A DNA stretch of 64,000 nt from Hypanus sabinus (taxonomy: Eukaryota): positions 77,500,001 through 77,564,000 of the forward strand of contig NC_082720.1 in the NCBI RefSeq assembly GCF_030144855.1, in the 5' to 3' direction. Position 1 is the first letter of the stretch. Each line of letters starts with the position of its first letter. A program made the position numbers and the translations under genes. The notes under the pieces are model-generated. The model was not told the origin of the DNA, did not search any database, and saw nothing but the letters and a program-made list of their open reading frames with translations. Shown here piece after piece: positions 39,340 to 52,092 of the stretch.

Positions 39340-42165
39340 TCTAAGGCAGTTGTTGTGGCTGAAGAGATTGTGGAGCCATTAGTATTGAACGTTCAAGAAC
39401 ATTAAGATTGTGGAATGGTTCCAGAAGGCTGGAAAATTGCTGTTGTCATTCCACTCTTCAAGAAAGGAGAGAGGCAGAAGATTATAGGCCAGTTAGTTTG
39501 ACCTCAGTGGTTGGGATGATGTTGAAGTCGGTTGTTAAGAACAATACACAAAATGCTGGAGCAATTCAGCAGGCAGGGCAGCATCTATGGAAAAAAGTAC
39601 AGTTGACATTTTGGCTGAAACCCTTTGGCAGGACTGGGGGTAAAAAGTTGAGTAGATTTGAAAGGTGAGGGGAGAGTGAAACGCCAGACAATAGGTGAAA
39701 CATGGAGGGGAAGGGATGAAGCAGAGCTAGGAAGTTAATTGGTGGAAGAGACAGATAGCCATGGAAGAAAGAAGAAAGGCAGGGGGTTGGGTGAGCACTA
39801 GGGGGAGGCAATGGGCAGGCAAGGAGACAACATGAGAGAGGGACAAGGGGATAGGAAATAATGAAGGTGGGGGTTGGAGGAATTACTGGAAGTGTGAGAA
39901 ATCAGTGTTCATGCTATCAAGTTGGAGGCTACCCAAACAGAATATAAGATGATGTTCCTCAAACCCGAGTGTGGCCTTATCCTGACAGTGGAGGAGGCCA
40001 TGGATAGACACTTTGGAATGGGAAGTGGAATTAAAATGGGTGGCCATTGGGATATCCTGCTTGTTCAGGCGGATGAAGTGTAGATACCTGGTATAGCGGT
40101 CTCCCAATCTCACTAGTCTCACCAAGACCACACCAGGAGCACTGAACACAGTATATGGCCCCAACAAACCACAGGTGAAGTGTCACCTCACCTGGAAGGA
40201 TTGTTTGGGGCTCTGAATAGCATTGAGGGAGGTGTATGGGCAGGTGAAGCACTTGTTCCATTAGCAAGGATTAGTGCGAGGAGGGAGCTCAGTGGGGATG
40301 GATGTAAGGACAAGAGAGTCCTGTAGGGGGCAATCCCTACAGAAAGGAGAAAGTGGGAGGGGGAAGATGTGCTTGGTGGTGGGATCCCTTTGGAGGTGGC
40401 AGAAGTTTCAGAGAATTATGTGCTGGATGCGGAGACTGGTGGGGTGGTAGGTGAGAACAAGAGGAATCCTATCCCTGGTAGCATGGTTGGGAGGATGTGG
40501 TAAGAACAGAAGAGTATGGTTGAGGCAGCGTTGATGGTGGAGGAAGGGAAGCCCCTTTCTTTGGGGAAAAAAGGAGGAATTCTCCTTCATTCTAGAATGA
40601 AAAGCCTTGTCCTGAGAACAGATACGGCAGAGACGGAGGAATTAAGAGAAGGGGATGACGTTTTAACAAGTAGCAAGGTGGGGTAAGTTATAGTCCAGGG
40701 AGCTGTGAGAGTCCATTGGTTTATAATAGACATCAGTGGATAAGCTGTCTCTGGAGGAGGACAGTGAGATTGAGGAAGGGAATTTCGGAAGTGGACCAGG
40801 TAAGTTTGAGGGACAGGTGGAGGTTTGAGGCAAATTGGATGAAATTGTTGAGTTCAGCATGGATGCAGGAAGCATTGAGAATGTGAAGAGGGTAAGGGGT
40901 ATGTGTAGAAGGGGTGGGCGAGGGGTAAGAGTAGCAAAATATGTAGACATGACCAGGGAGAGGATACGTCATTGGGGAAGTGTAAGAGGACAGGGAAGAG
41001 GTAGCTAAAATAAGATGCCAAACAGCATGTGGCAACCACAAAGAAGAGGAACCTTGCAACCACAAGACAATGTGTTGTGTCTCTGGCATTTTTCCTCAAC
41101 TGAGCAGGTTAATAATTTCAGGTTGACAGCTGCACCAATGCAGTTACGGATATAGCATAGGAAAAGTGTGGGACGATCACCAGTGTAGACTTGCAACATA
41201 CACTGTTTCATGTAGCCAACAAAGAGGCAGGTATAGCTGGGACCCATGCGAATGCCCATGGCTGCCCATTTTTGTTTGAAGGAAGTGGAAGGACCCAAAG
41301 AAGAAATTATTTAGAGTGAGGGCAACTTCCACTAGGCAAAGGAGAGTAGTGGTGGAGAATGTGGTTTCACTGTTCTTGGAGGCACATGATAAAATAGTCC
41401 ATAGTCAGCATGGTTTCCTCAAGGGAAAATCTTGCCTGACAGATCTGTTGGAATTATTTGAAGAAATAACAAACAGGACAGACAAAAAAAAGTTGGTTGA
41501 TGGGTAATTGGATTTTCAGAGGGCCTTTGACAAGGTGCCACCCACGTGGCTGCTTAACAAACTAAAAGGCTATGCTATTACAGGGAAGATTCTAGCATGG
41601 ATAAAGCAGTGGGTGACTGGCAGGAGGTAAAGAATGGGAATAAAGGGGGCCTTTTCTAGTTGGCTGCTGAAACTCGAGAGGGTCCTGAGGAGGTTCACGA
41701 AAATGAGTCCAGGTTTGAACGGCTTGTCATATAAAAAGTATTTGATGTCTGTGGGTCTGTATTTATTGGATTTCAACGAATGAGCGGTGACCTTATTGAA
41801 ACCTATCAAAAGGTGAAAGCCCTTAAAAATAGATATTGAGTGGATGTTTTCCACAGTGGGAGAGTCACAGGCAGCCTGCAGTGGACACAGCCTCAGAATA
41901 GAGGGGAGTCCTTTTCAAACAGATCAGAAGGAATTTCTTTAGCCAGAGAGTGGTGAATCATGAAATTCATTGCCACAGGCAGCTGTGGAGGCCAAGTCTG
42001 TATGTATATTTATGGCACAGGTTGATACACTCATTGGTCAGGGCATGTAGGGATATGGAGAGAAGACATGAGACTGGGACTGAGAGGAAAAATGGATCAG
42101 CCATGATAAAATGGCAGAGGAGACTTAATGGGCCAAATTGACTAATTCTACTCTTGTGTCTTGTG
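39340..42165 (+). mobile_element. CR1 LINE (internally deleted) interrupted by a Penelope-like element
   Basis: DYRPVSLTSVVGMMLKSVVK stops at 39539 and resumes near 41358 (LEAHDKIVHSQHGFLKGKSCLT). Confidence 0.85.
39540..41357 (-). mobile_element. Penelope-like retroelement (decayed RT plus GIY-YIG endonuclease plus 3' terminus)
   Basis: ORF fragments AMGIRMGPSYTCLFVGY...YIRNCIG (RT), STDVYYKPMDSHSSLDY, RIPLVLTYHP, GAIYCVQCSWCGLGET (GIY-YIG-like), PMATHFN. Confidence 0.88.
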
Positions 42166-44154
42166 GAAACCGTCTTTACTTCCCCTGCCTTAAAGGAAAC
42201 AGGATCGTAATAAGACATAATCTTCAGACAAAAGTTTTGTTGAAGAAGATTATCCACTCTGGGAATATGAGGTATTCTAATTGACTCCTTATTGCCCTTC
42301 ATGAAACAATATGAAGAGTATTATAGTGAGCTAAAATACAGTACCCACGGGCAAAATTTAAGGGTTCAGCATATCAATCATTCAGTGTGCATTTGATCTT
42401 CGCAGTGTAGAAGTGTGTTTTTTTAAGCAGTTGATCATGGGGTGCGTGAAATAATTTTGCTTGTGAACTGAGTTCATCCATAAATCTCAGATCTTTATGC
42501 ATATATTTCAGAAGGAAAGACCTTTGACATTTACTGGTGTATATATGCCACTCATCCATTTCAAAGCATTTCACATATAATGTAAATGACAGCTTTTGTG
42601 ATGGAAATGGAACAAACCACTGCTCATATTAGTGATCTGCTCTAATTTCTTCTTTTGAAGTGTTTAGTATAAAGCTATCTTCATAAACTGCATTTAAGAT
42701 TGAGAGGAGCAAGTACAGAATCGTTTTTAAAATGCTTTTAATGACAACTTTATTTTGATGTTTATTGACTAATCTGGAGATCTGTCTTGCTCTAATTTCA
42801 GTTTTATTGGGCACTACATTTGAGCAAAGTACTGAATCCAGGGTTTATCGAGTTTATCAAGTTCATAAGGCTCAAAATTGTTTTCTATTTTAAAAGAACA
42901 CAAATTGCTGCCACCTACAGTATTTAAAAAAGAGCTCCACATGTGTTTGATTAAAACATTATTAAATGTGTCATCTTTTTCCTTCTCAGTAGTAGTTGAG
43001 AAGGAGGGCAGGCTGGTTGATGAATGCCAATGATGTAGACAATGCAGGTTGAGTTGATGCCTAATCGTTTCCAGTTATGAACTGAGTAAAGGAAAAAATG
43101 GAACATTTCCACTAACTTAACACAAATGAACATAACTGGAATCCAAAATACAGTCACTCGAGTCTACTTTGTGTTTCATGAAATCTATCTAACTGTCTTA
43201 AATATATTTAATGAGGTAGCTTGTACTGCTTCCATGGGATAAGTTCCTTGGAGTGAACATCACCAATAGCCTGTACATGCCATGGCTAAGATAACTCACC
43301 AGTACCTCTGCTTCCTCAGCTGGGGCACGATCTTAGGAAGAAGTGGGGTGTAAATGACCTCTGACTACAGGTGACCATTCAGCTAAGACAGCAAAGATAA
43401 TTTAGCTGTTGCTCCTGGTGTGGTTATTTCCCTGCAAATATGTGGGGAAAATCTTGCATGCCATCCATACAAATAATTTCCTTGCATTGAAATAGTATAA
43501 GGGAAAACAATACAAGAGTGCTGAATAAATTTAGTTACTGAAAGAGTGTCGTGCAAGATCATAAGGTAGTTTGGGAGGTCGAGTCAATCTTATCGCTTAG
43601 AGAACTGTTCAATAGTCTTATAACAGTGGAGTAGAAGGTTTCCTTGAGCCTGGTGGAACATTCGAGTTTTTATATTTTCTGCCTGATAGGAGAAGAGACT
43701 GTCTCCGGTGGGTGGGGTCTTCAATTATGCTGGCTGCTTTACTAAGGCAGTGAGAAATGCAGGGTGCATGAATGGGAGGCTGGTTTCTCTGCTGTGCTGA
43801 GCGATGTCCACAACTACAGTTTATTGAGGTCACGGGCAGATCAGTTGCTGTACTAAGTGATCTATCTCAATAGGATGCTCTCTGATACATCTGTAAGAAT
43901 TGGGTGGTGAGGGCAACAGCAGAATGTTTGGACCCTTGAATCTGCACCCATGATCAAGAATTCATTAATGCTTATTCTGCACAAATCCCATTCTCAAGTT
44001 CAAATCTATTATCATTCAACCCTACGCATATTGCCAAAAGAGACAAAATTCCTCCAGGTCAAGGTGTACAACAGTACGTATAAGTCTCACACACAAAACA
44101 AAGTAATATTACTACAAATCAATTAACAAATAATAACATGCATATATGATACAC

Positions 44155-46267
44155 ATTACATAAGAAATAGGAGCAGGAGTAGGCCATTCAAGCCTGCTCT
44201 GCCATTCAACAAGATCATGGCTGATCTGTCCATAAACTCAGCTCCATCTACCTGCCTTTACCCCATAACCCTTCATTCCCGTACTATGTAAAAACTTATC
44301 TAACTGTATCTTAAATATATTTGGTGAAGAACCTCAACAGTTTCTCCTCATCTCTGTCCTAAATCTTCTCCCCTGAATCTTGAGGCAATGTTCCCTAGTT
44401 CTAGTCTCACCTACGAATGGAAACAACTTTCCTACTTCTATCTCATCTATCCCTTTCAAAGTTTTGTATGTTTCTATAAGATCCCCTCTCATTCTTCTGA
44501 TTTTCAGAGTATAGTCCAGGCGACTCAGTCTTTCCTCATAGGTTAACCCCTGCCAGTATATCCTGAAGTATGGAGACCAGAACTGCATACAGTACTCCAG
44601 GTGCGACCTCACCAGTACCCTGTTTATTTGCAAATGAGCTTACTGCTCTTGAATTCAAACCCCCTAGCAATGAAGGCCAACAGTCCATTTGCCTTCTTAA
44701 TAACCTGTTGTACCTGCAAGCCAATTTTTTGCGACCATGAACAAGTACTCCCAAGTCCCTCTGCACAACAGAATGTTGCAATCTTTCACTATTTAAATAA
44801 TAATCTGCTCTTTTATTATTTCTTCCAAAGTGGATAATCTTGCATTTACCAATGTTGTGTTCCATCTGCCAGACCTTGGCCTGCTCACTTAACCTATCTA
44901 TATCCATCTACAGACTCTCCACATGCTCTGTAAAATTTGCTTTTCCACTCAGTTTAGTGTCATCAGCAAATTTTGCCACGCTACACTCAGTCCCCTCTTC
45001 CAAATCATCAATGTAAATGGTGAACAGCTGTGGGCCGAGCACTGACCCTTGCAGCACCCCGCTCACCACTGACTGCCAACTGGAGAAATACCTGTTTATA
45101 CCAACTCTCTGCCTTTTATTGGTTTACCAATACACTTCCTCCGATTCCATGCATCCGTATCTTATTTATAAGTCTCTTGTGCGGCACCTTATCAAACGCC
45201 TTCTGGAAATCCAAGTATGTGACATCCACCTATTCCCTTCTATCCACTGCACCCATTATAACCTCAAAGAACTCCAGTAAGTTTGTCAAACAAGACCTGC
45301 CCTTCCTGAATCCATGCGGCATCTGTCTAATAGAACCACTCCTTTCTAAATGTTTTGCTATTTCTTCCTTAATGACAGCTTCAAACATTTTCTCGACTAT
45401 ATGTTAAGCTAACTGGCCTATAGTTGCTCGTCTTTTACCTACGTCCCTTTTTAAAAAGTGGCGTGACATTTGCTGTCTTCCAATCCGCTGAAACCTACCC
45501 AGAGTCTAGAGAGTTTTGGTAAATGATTACCAGTGCGTCTACTATAACCTCCTCCTATTCCCTCATGACCCTGGGATGCATCCCATCAGGACCAGGGGAC
45601 TTATCTACCTTTAGGCCCTCTAGTTTGCTCATCACTATCTCTTTAGTTACAGTGATTTTATTGAGGTCCTCACCCCTCATTTCGTCCATAACATAATTCT
45701 TTGGCATATTGGCATATTCAGTGCTTCAGCCATTGACTTTAGCCACCCTCTTCCTCGTTATATATTTATAAAAACTTTTGCTATCTGTTTTTATATTTTG
45801 TGCTAATTTACTTTCATACTCTATCTTCCCTTTCCTTATTTCTTGTTTAGTTGTTCTTTGTTGCTTTTTAAAGTTTTCCTAATCCTCCAGTCTCCCACTA
45901 TTTGCGGCTTTGTACATATGAGCTTTTAATTTGATACTATCTTTTATTACCTTAGTTATCCAAGGCTGGCTCTCCCAACACTTACTGCCCTACTTTTGAC
46001 TGGAATATACTTTTGTTGAGCACTTTGAAAATTCTCCTTGAAAGTATTCCACTGTTCCTTAACTGTTCTACCAAATAGCCTGTGCTCCCAAGACACATTA
46101 GCCAACTCCTCCCTCATCCCATTGCAGTCTCCCTTGTTCAAGCATAATACGCTAGTTTTAGATTATTTCATCCTCCATCTGAATGTGAAATTCATTCGTA
46201 CTATGATCACTCTTTCCAAGAGGATCCCTGACTACAAGATCATTAATTTCACCTGTCTCATTGCACA
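44155..46267 (-). mobile_element. CR1 LINE ORF2 fragment plus 3' end
   Basis: ORFs 44334, 44536 and 45956; tail ACATAAGAAATAGGAGCAGGAGTAGGCC. Confidence 0.9.
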
Positions 46268-46299
46268 GGTTAGGGTTAGGGTTAAACCCACCTCACAAA

Positions 46300-46319
46300 G
46301 TTGTCCCACTTTTCAAGAA

Positions 46320-46369
<50 letters not shown>

Positions 46370-47768
46370 ACAGGGAATTATAGACCGGTTAGCCTGACGT
46401 CAGTGGTGGGAAAGATGCTGGAGTCAATTATAAAAGAGGAAATTACGACACATTTGGATAGCAGTAGAAGGATCAGTCCGAGTCAGCATGGATTTATGAA
46501 GGGAAAATCATGCTTGACTAATCTTCTGGAGTTTTTTGAGGATGTAACTATGAAAATGGACAAGGGAGAGCCAGTGGATGTAGTGTACCTGGACTTCCAG
46601 AAAGCTTTTGATAAAGTCCATCATAGGAGATTAGAAGGCAAAATTAGGGCACATGGTATTGGGGGCAGAGTACTGACAGGAATTGAAAATTGGCTCGCTG
46701 ACAGGAAACAAAAGAGTAGCGATTAATGGGTCCCTTTCGGAATGGCAGGCTGTGTCCAGTGGGGTACCGCAAGGTTCGGTGCTGGGACCGCAGCTGTTTA
46801 CAATATACATTAATGATTTAGATGAAGGGATTAAAAGTAACATTAGCAAATTTGCTGATGACACAAAGCTGGGTGGCAGTGTGAAATGTTAGGAGGATGT
46901 TATGAGAATGCAGGGTGATTTGGACAGGTTGGGTGAGTGGGCAAATGTATAGCAGATGCAGTTTAATGTGGATAAATGTGAGGTTATCCACTTTTGTGGC
47001 AAGAACAGGAAGGCAAATTACTATAAATGGAGTCAAGTTAGGAAAAGGGGAAGTACAACGAGATCTAGGTGTTCTTGTACATCAGTCAATTAAAGCAAGC
47101 ATGCAGGTACAGCAGGCAGTGAAGAAAGATAATAGCATGCTGGCCTTTATAACAAGAGGAATTGAGTATAGGAGTAAAGAGGTCCTTCTGCAGCTGTTCA
47201 GGGCCCTGGTGAGACCCCACCTGGAGTACTGTGTGCAGTTTTGGCCTCCAAATTTGAGGGACATTCTTGCTATTGAGGGAGTGCAGCGTAGGTTCAAAAG
47301 GTTAATTCCCGGAATGGCAGGACTGTCATATGTTGAAAGATTGGAGTGACTGGGCTTGTATACACTGGAATTTAGAAGGATGAGAGGGGATCTGATTGAA
47401 ACATATAAGATTATTAAGGGATTGGACACGCTGGAGGCAGGAAGCATGTTCCCGCTGATGGGTGAGTCCAGAACTAGAGGCCACAGTTTAAGAATAAGGG
47501 GTAGGCCATTTAGAAAAGAGATGCAGCAAAACTTTTTCACCCAGAGAGCGATGGATATGTGGAATGCTCTGCCCCAGAAGGCAGTGGAGGCCAAGTCTCT
47601 GGATGCATTCGAGAGAGTTAGATAGAACTCTTATAGATAGCGGGGTCAAGGGATATGGGGAGAGGGCAGGAAGGGGGTACTGGCTGTGTATGATCAGCCA
47701 TGATCACAGTGAATGGCGGTGCTGGCTTGAAGGGCTGAATGGCCTACTCCTGCACCTACTGTCTATTT
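46300..47768 (+). mobile_element. Relatively young 5'-truncated CR1 LINE
   Basis: Long near-intact RT segments (ORFs 46301, 46683, 46915, 47356; [24 protein letters not shown]). Confidence 0.93.
46322..46366 (+). repeat. (GA)n microsatellite inside CR1 ORF2
   Basis: Located where other CR1 copies read KKGGR.K.GNYRP. Confidence 0.9.
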
Positions 47769-50700
47769 TTCTAACACTTGCTACACACTAAGAGCAAACT
47801 TCAGTGGCAGGAGCAGACCACAGTGACCAGGTTACTTGCAGGTTGGCGATGCTTGTTTAAAAGGAGAACCTCGCAAGCATTTGGGCGGCTGGAATGAGTC
47901 TGATCAGTGGCAGAAGCAGACCATGGCAATGAGTTTTCACGGAGGTCGGCAACTTCTGTTTAAGTGTACAGGAGGGACAGGTGGGGTGCCATTGTTGGGA
48001 GTAGACCAGTGGTGTGAGTAGGAGTGTTGAGCTTTGGCTCAAAGGAAGCTTCGGCTCGAAATAGACCTTGACTCTGGGTAAGATTCTTTTAAAGTTCCCT
48101 TTTTTCCAGTAATGTACCTAGTGTAGTAAATAGCTATTGTGTGTACTTCATGCCAGATGTTGGAGTGGTCTCCCAGGGAACTACATCCAGCTGCAGTTAC
48201 TTGAAGACCACATTAGGGATCTGGAGCAACAGCTGGATGACCGGCTTATATGGAAGAATAAGGAGATAATCGATCAGAGTTACAGGGAAGTCGTCACCCC
48301 AAAGTTGCAGGAGGCAAGTAGTGCGGGACTGTCAGGAATGAAAGTGAAAATGTGAATAGGCAGTTAGCACAGAGCACCTGTGGCCTTTCCCCTCAATAAT
48401 AAGCATACAGTTCGAGATACTGTTTCGGGGGATGACCTCCCAGGGGAATGCCATGGAGACTGGGTTACTGGCATTGAGGGGAGCGGTAGTGACGGGGACT
48501 TGAGAGCCAGGGAATTCTGTGGACATGAACGGGACGCCGAGTTGTATGTTGCCTCCCAGTTGCCAGGGTCATGGTCATTGCAGATCACATCCATAGCAAT
48601 TTGGAGGGGGGGAAGAGAGCAGCCAGATGTCTTGGTACATACTGGTAACAATGACATAGGAAGGAAATGCAGAGGTTCTGAAGAGAGAATTAAAAACTAG
48701 GCATAAAGCTGTGAAACAGGACCTCCAGGGTAGTAATTTCTGGATTGTTGCCTGTGCCCATGAGGGAAGAAACAGAATAATTTGACAGATTAATGTGTGG
48801 CTGAAAAGCTGTTGCAAGGGGCAGGGCTTCAGATTCTTGGATCATTGGGATCTGTTCTGGGGAGGTAAACCTGCTCAAAAGTGACAGGTTACACCTGAAC
48901 CCGAAGAGGACCAATATTCTCACAGGCAGGTTTGTTAGAGCTGTTGGGAAGGATTTAAACTAATTTGAGGGGGTGTGGGGACCAAACTGAAGGGACTCAG
49001 GATAGGGCGATGGTAAAAAAAAAGAGCAGCGGTAGCATGCAATAAAACTGTCAGGAAGACCAGGCAGATAATAGGACAAAATTGCAGCCAGCAGGGTTAG
49101 TATCAGTGCATTAGGGATGCAGAATCAAACAGGGTAGCAAATAGAGTACTCAAATTGTTATATCTCAGTGTGCGGAGTATGAGAAATATGGTGATGATCT
49201 TGTTAGCTATTACAGATTATCAGGTATAATATGGCCTTCACTGAATCATGGCTGAAGGTTGTTTATAGTTGGGAGTTGAATGTCCAAAGTTACAGATTGT
49301 ATCAGAGGGATAGGAAAGTAGGCAGAGGGGGTGGCGTGGCTCTGCTGGTAAAGAATGGCATCAAGTCAGTAGAAAGATGTGACATAGGATCGGATGATAT
49401 TGAATCCTTGTGGGTTGAGTTAAGAAACTGCAAGGGTAAAATGTTCTTGATGGTAGTTACATACAAGCCTTTCAACAAGAGCTGGGATATGGACAGTATT
49501 TTGTCATTGAGCCTGCTGGGGATCAGCTGCACTGGTTTGGGTGTTACGTAATGAAGTAAAGTCTGACTAGCAGTGTTTCAGTGGAGTAAAGAAATTACAG
49601 TGGTATGAGAGAGGAGTTGGCCAAAGTCAATTGGAAGGAGCTGCTGGCAGAGATAACAGAATCGCAATGGTGTGAGTTTCTGGGAAAAAATGAGGAAAGT
49701 GCAGGATAGATGTATTCCAAAAATGAAGAGATACTCAAATGGCCAAATATTACAACTGTGGCTGACAAGGGAAGTGAAAGCTAATGTAAATGCAAAAGAG
49801 AGGGTATACAACAAGGCAAAAATTAGCAGTTTAATAGAGGATTGGGAAGCTTTTAAAAACCTACAGAGATCAACTGAAAGAATCATTAGGATGGAAAAGA
49901 TGAAGTATGAAAGCAAGCTAGCAAACAATATCAAAGTGAAAAGTAAAAGCTTTTTCAAGTATGTAAAGATAAAATTAGATGAGTGTAGACATGGAACTGC
50001 TAGAAAATGAGGTCAGAGAAATAATAATGAGGGTCATGGAGATGGCAAATGAACTAAATGAGTATTTTGCATCAGTCTGCGTTGTGAAAGACACTAGCAA
50101 CGTGGCAGATGTTGAAGGTGTGAGGGAAGAGAAGTGAATGCAGTTACTATTGCAAAAGGAGAAGGTGCTCAAAAAGTGGAAAGACCTAAGGGAACATAAG
50201 TCATCCGGACCAGATGAACTGTATCCTATGGTTCTGAAAGAGGTAGCGTTAGAGATTGTGGTGGCACTGGAAATGATCTTTTGAAAATCATTGGACTTTG
50301 GCATGGTGCAAGAGGACTGGAAAATTGCAAATGCCACTCCACTCTTTAAGAAAAGAGGGAGGCAGCAGAAATGAAATTTCAGTTAGACTGACCTCAGAGA
50401 TTGGGTAGAAGTTAATCTGTTGTTAAGGACGAGGTTTTGGAGTACTTAGTGACACAGGACAAGATGGGGCAAGACGGCATGGCTTCCTTGAGGGAAAATC
50501 TTGCCTGACGGAATTCCTGTTGGAATTCTTTGAGGAGATTACGAGTAGGATAGATAAGGGGATGCAGTGGATGTTGTATATTTGGACTTCCAGAAGGCCT
50601 TTGACAGGGTGCTTGTCATGACATGAGGTTGCTTACCCAGTTAAGAGCCCATGGCATAACAAGAAAGTTACTGGCATGGTTAGAGCATTAGCTGATTAGT

Positions 50701-50800
50701 ACGAGGCAGTTGGTAAGAATAAAAGGATCCTTTTCTGGTTGTTTCCCAGTGTCCACTGGTGTTCTGCAGGGGTCAGTGTTGGGATCGCTTTTATGCTTTA

Positions 50801-51474
50801 CAGTCGTCCTTCGGTATCCGCGGGGGATTGGTTCCAGGACACNNNNNNNNNNNNNNNNNNNNNNNNNNNNNNNNNNNNNNNNNNNNNNNNNNNNNNNNNN
50901 NNNNNNNNNNNNNNNNNNNNNNNNNNNNNNNNNNNNNNNNNNNNNNNNNNNNNNNNNNNNNNNNNNNNNNNNNNNNNNNNNNNNNNNNNNNNNNNNNNNN
51001 NNNNNNNNNNNNNNNNNNNNNAGGAAATAAAGTCTGTACATGTTCAGTACAGACTTAACCTTCATAGCTCTTCTGGGAACTCTGATGCCGTCTCGGGATC
51101 AGCCGATGCTGATTCTCCTGTGATCTTTAAGTTCTTCAGGCTGTAGTGCTTTACATAGCTAGCCAGCTATCCCTTACTAGCCTTAAGCTCCTTCCTCTCG
51201 CTCACAGCACAAGTAGCAAACGAACGAGATGCGAGGCGAACAATGCTCAAACAACGAGTGCTGGAGAGAGACTGAGGATCTGTGAAATGACAGGAGGCTA
51301 CAGCAGAGTATGCCTACACATCACTGCATTCACGTGGATTCAGCATAGTGCTCGGCGCACGGCAAATTCAAGTTTTGCTTTTTGGAACTTTCTGGAATTT
51401 TTTTTCTGAATAGTTTCGATCTGTGATTGGTTGAATCCATGGGTGCGGAACCCATGGATACGGAGGGCCAACTG
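50801..51474 (-). mobile_element. TcMar-Tigger deletion derivative with MER2-like termini; TA TSD
   Basis: TA|CAGTCGTCCTTCGGTATCCG ... GGATACGGAGGGCCAACTG|TA; - strand 51065-51187 translates LKASKG*LASYVKHYSLKNLKITGESASADPETASEFPEEL (end of the CENP-B-type HTH of Tigger transposases). Confidence 0.88.
50843..51021. other. Assembly gap (179 N)
   Basis: N run. Confidence 1.
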
Positions 51475-52092
51475 TATACCAATGAATTACGTGATGTAAT
51501 AGATAGCTTTGTTGCCATATTTGCAGATAAGAGTTGTGGATGGGCAGGTAAAGTTGAGGAAACAGGTAGGCTGCCGAAGGGCTTGGACAGATTAGGAGAA
51601 TGGGCAATAAAGTAACAAATGAAATACAGTGTTGGAAAATGTGTGGTCATGCACTTTGATAGAAGATATAAATGTGCAGGCTATTCTGTAAACAGGGAGA
51701 AAATCCAAAAATCTGAGCTGCAAAGAGACTTGGGTGTCCTTGTACAGGACACCCTAAAGGTTAACTTGCAGGTAGAGTTGGTAGTGAGGAAAGCAAATGG
51801 AATGCTGTTATTCATTTGAAAAGGTCGGGAATACAAGAACAGGAATGTGATGCTGATGCTTGATGAGGCACTGGTGAGGCCTGGTCTTGAGTATTGTGAA
51901 CAGTTTTGGGCTCCTCATCTAAGAAAAGATGTGCTGGTATTAGAGGAGGTTCACAGTGATAATTCTGAGAATGAAAGGGTTATCATAAGAAGAATATTTG
52001 TTAACTGTGGGCCTATACTTTCTAGAATTTAGGAAGCTGGGGGGGAGGGGGGGATCCTCATTGAAACTTTTCAAAAGTTGAATGGTCTAGAC

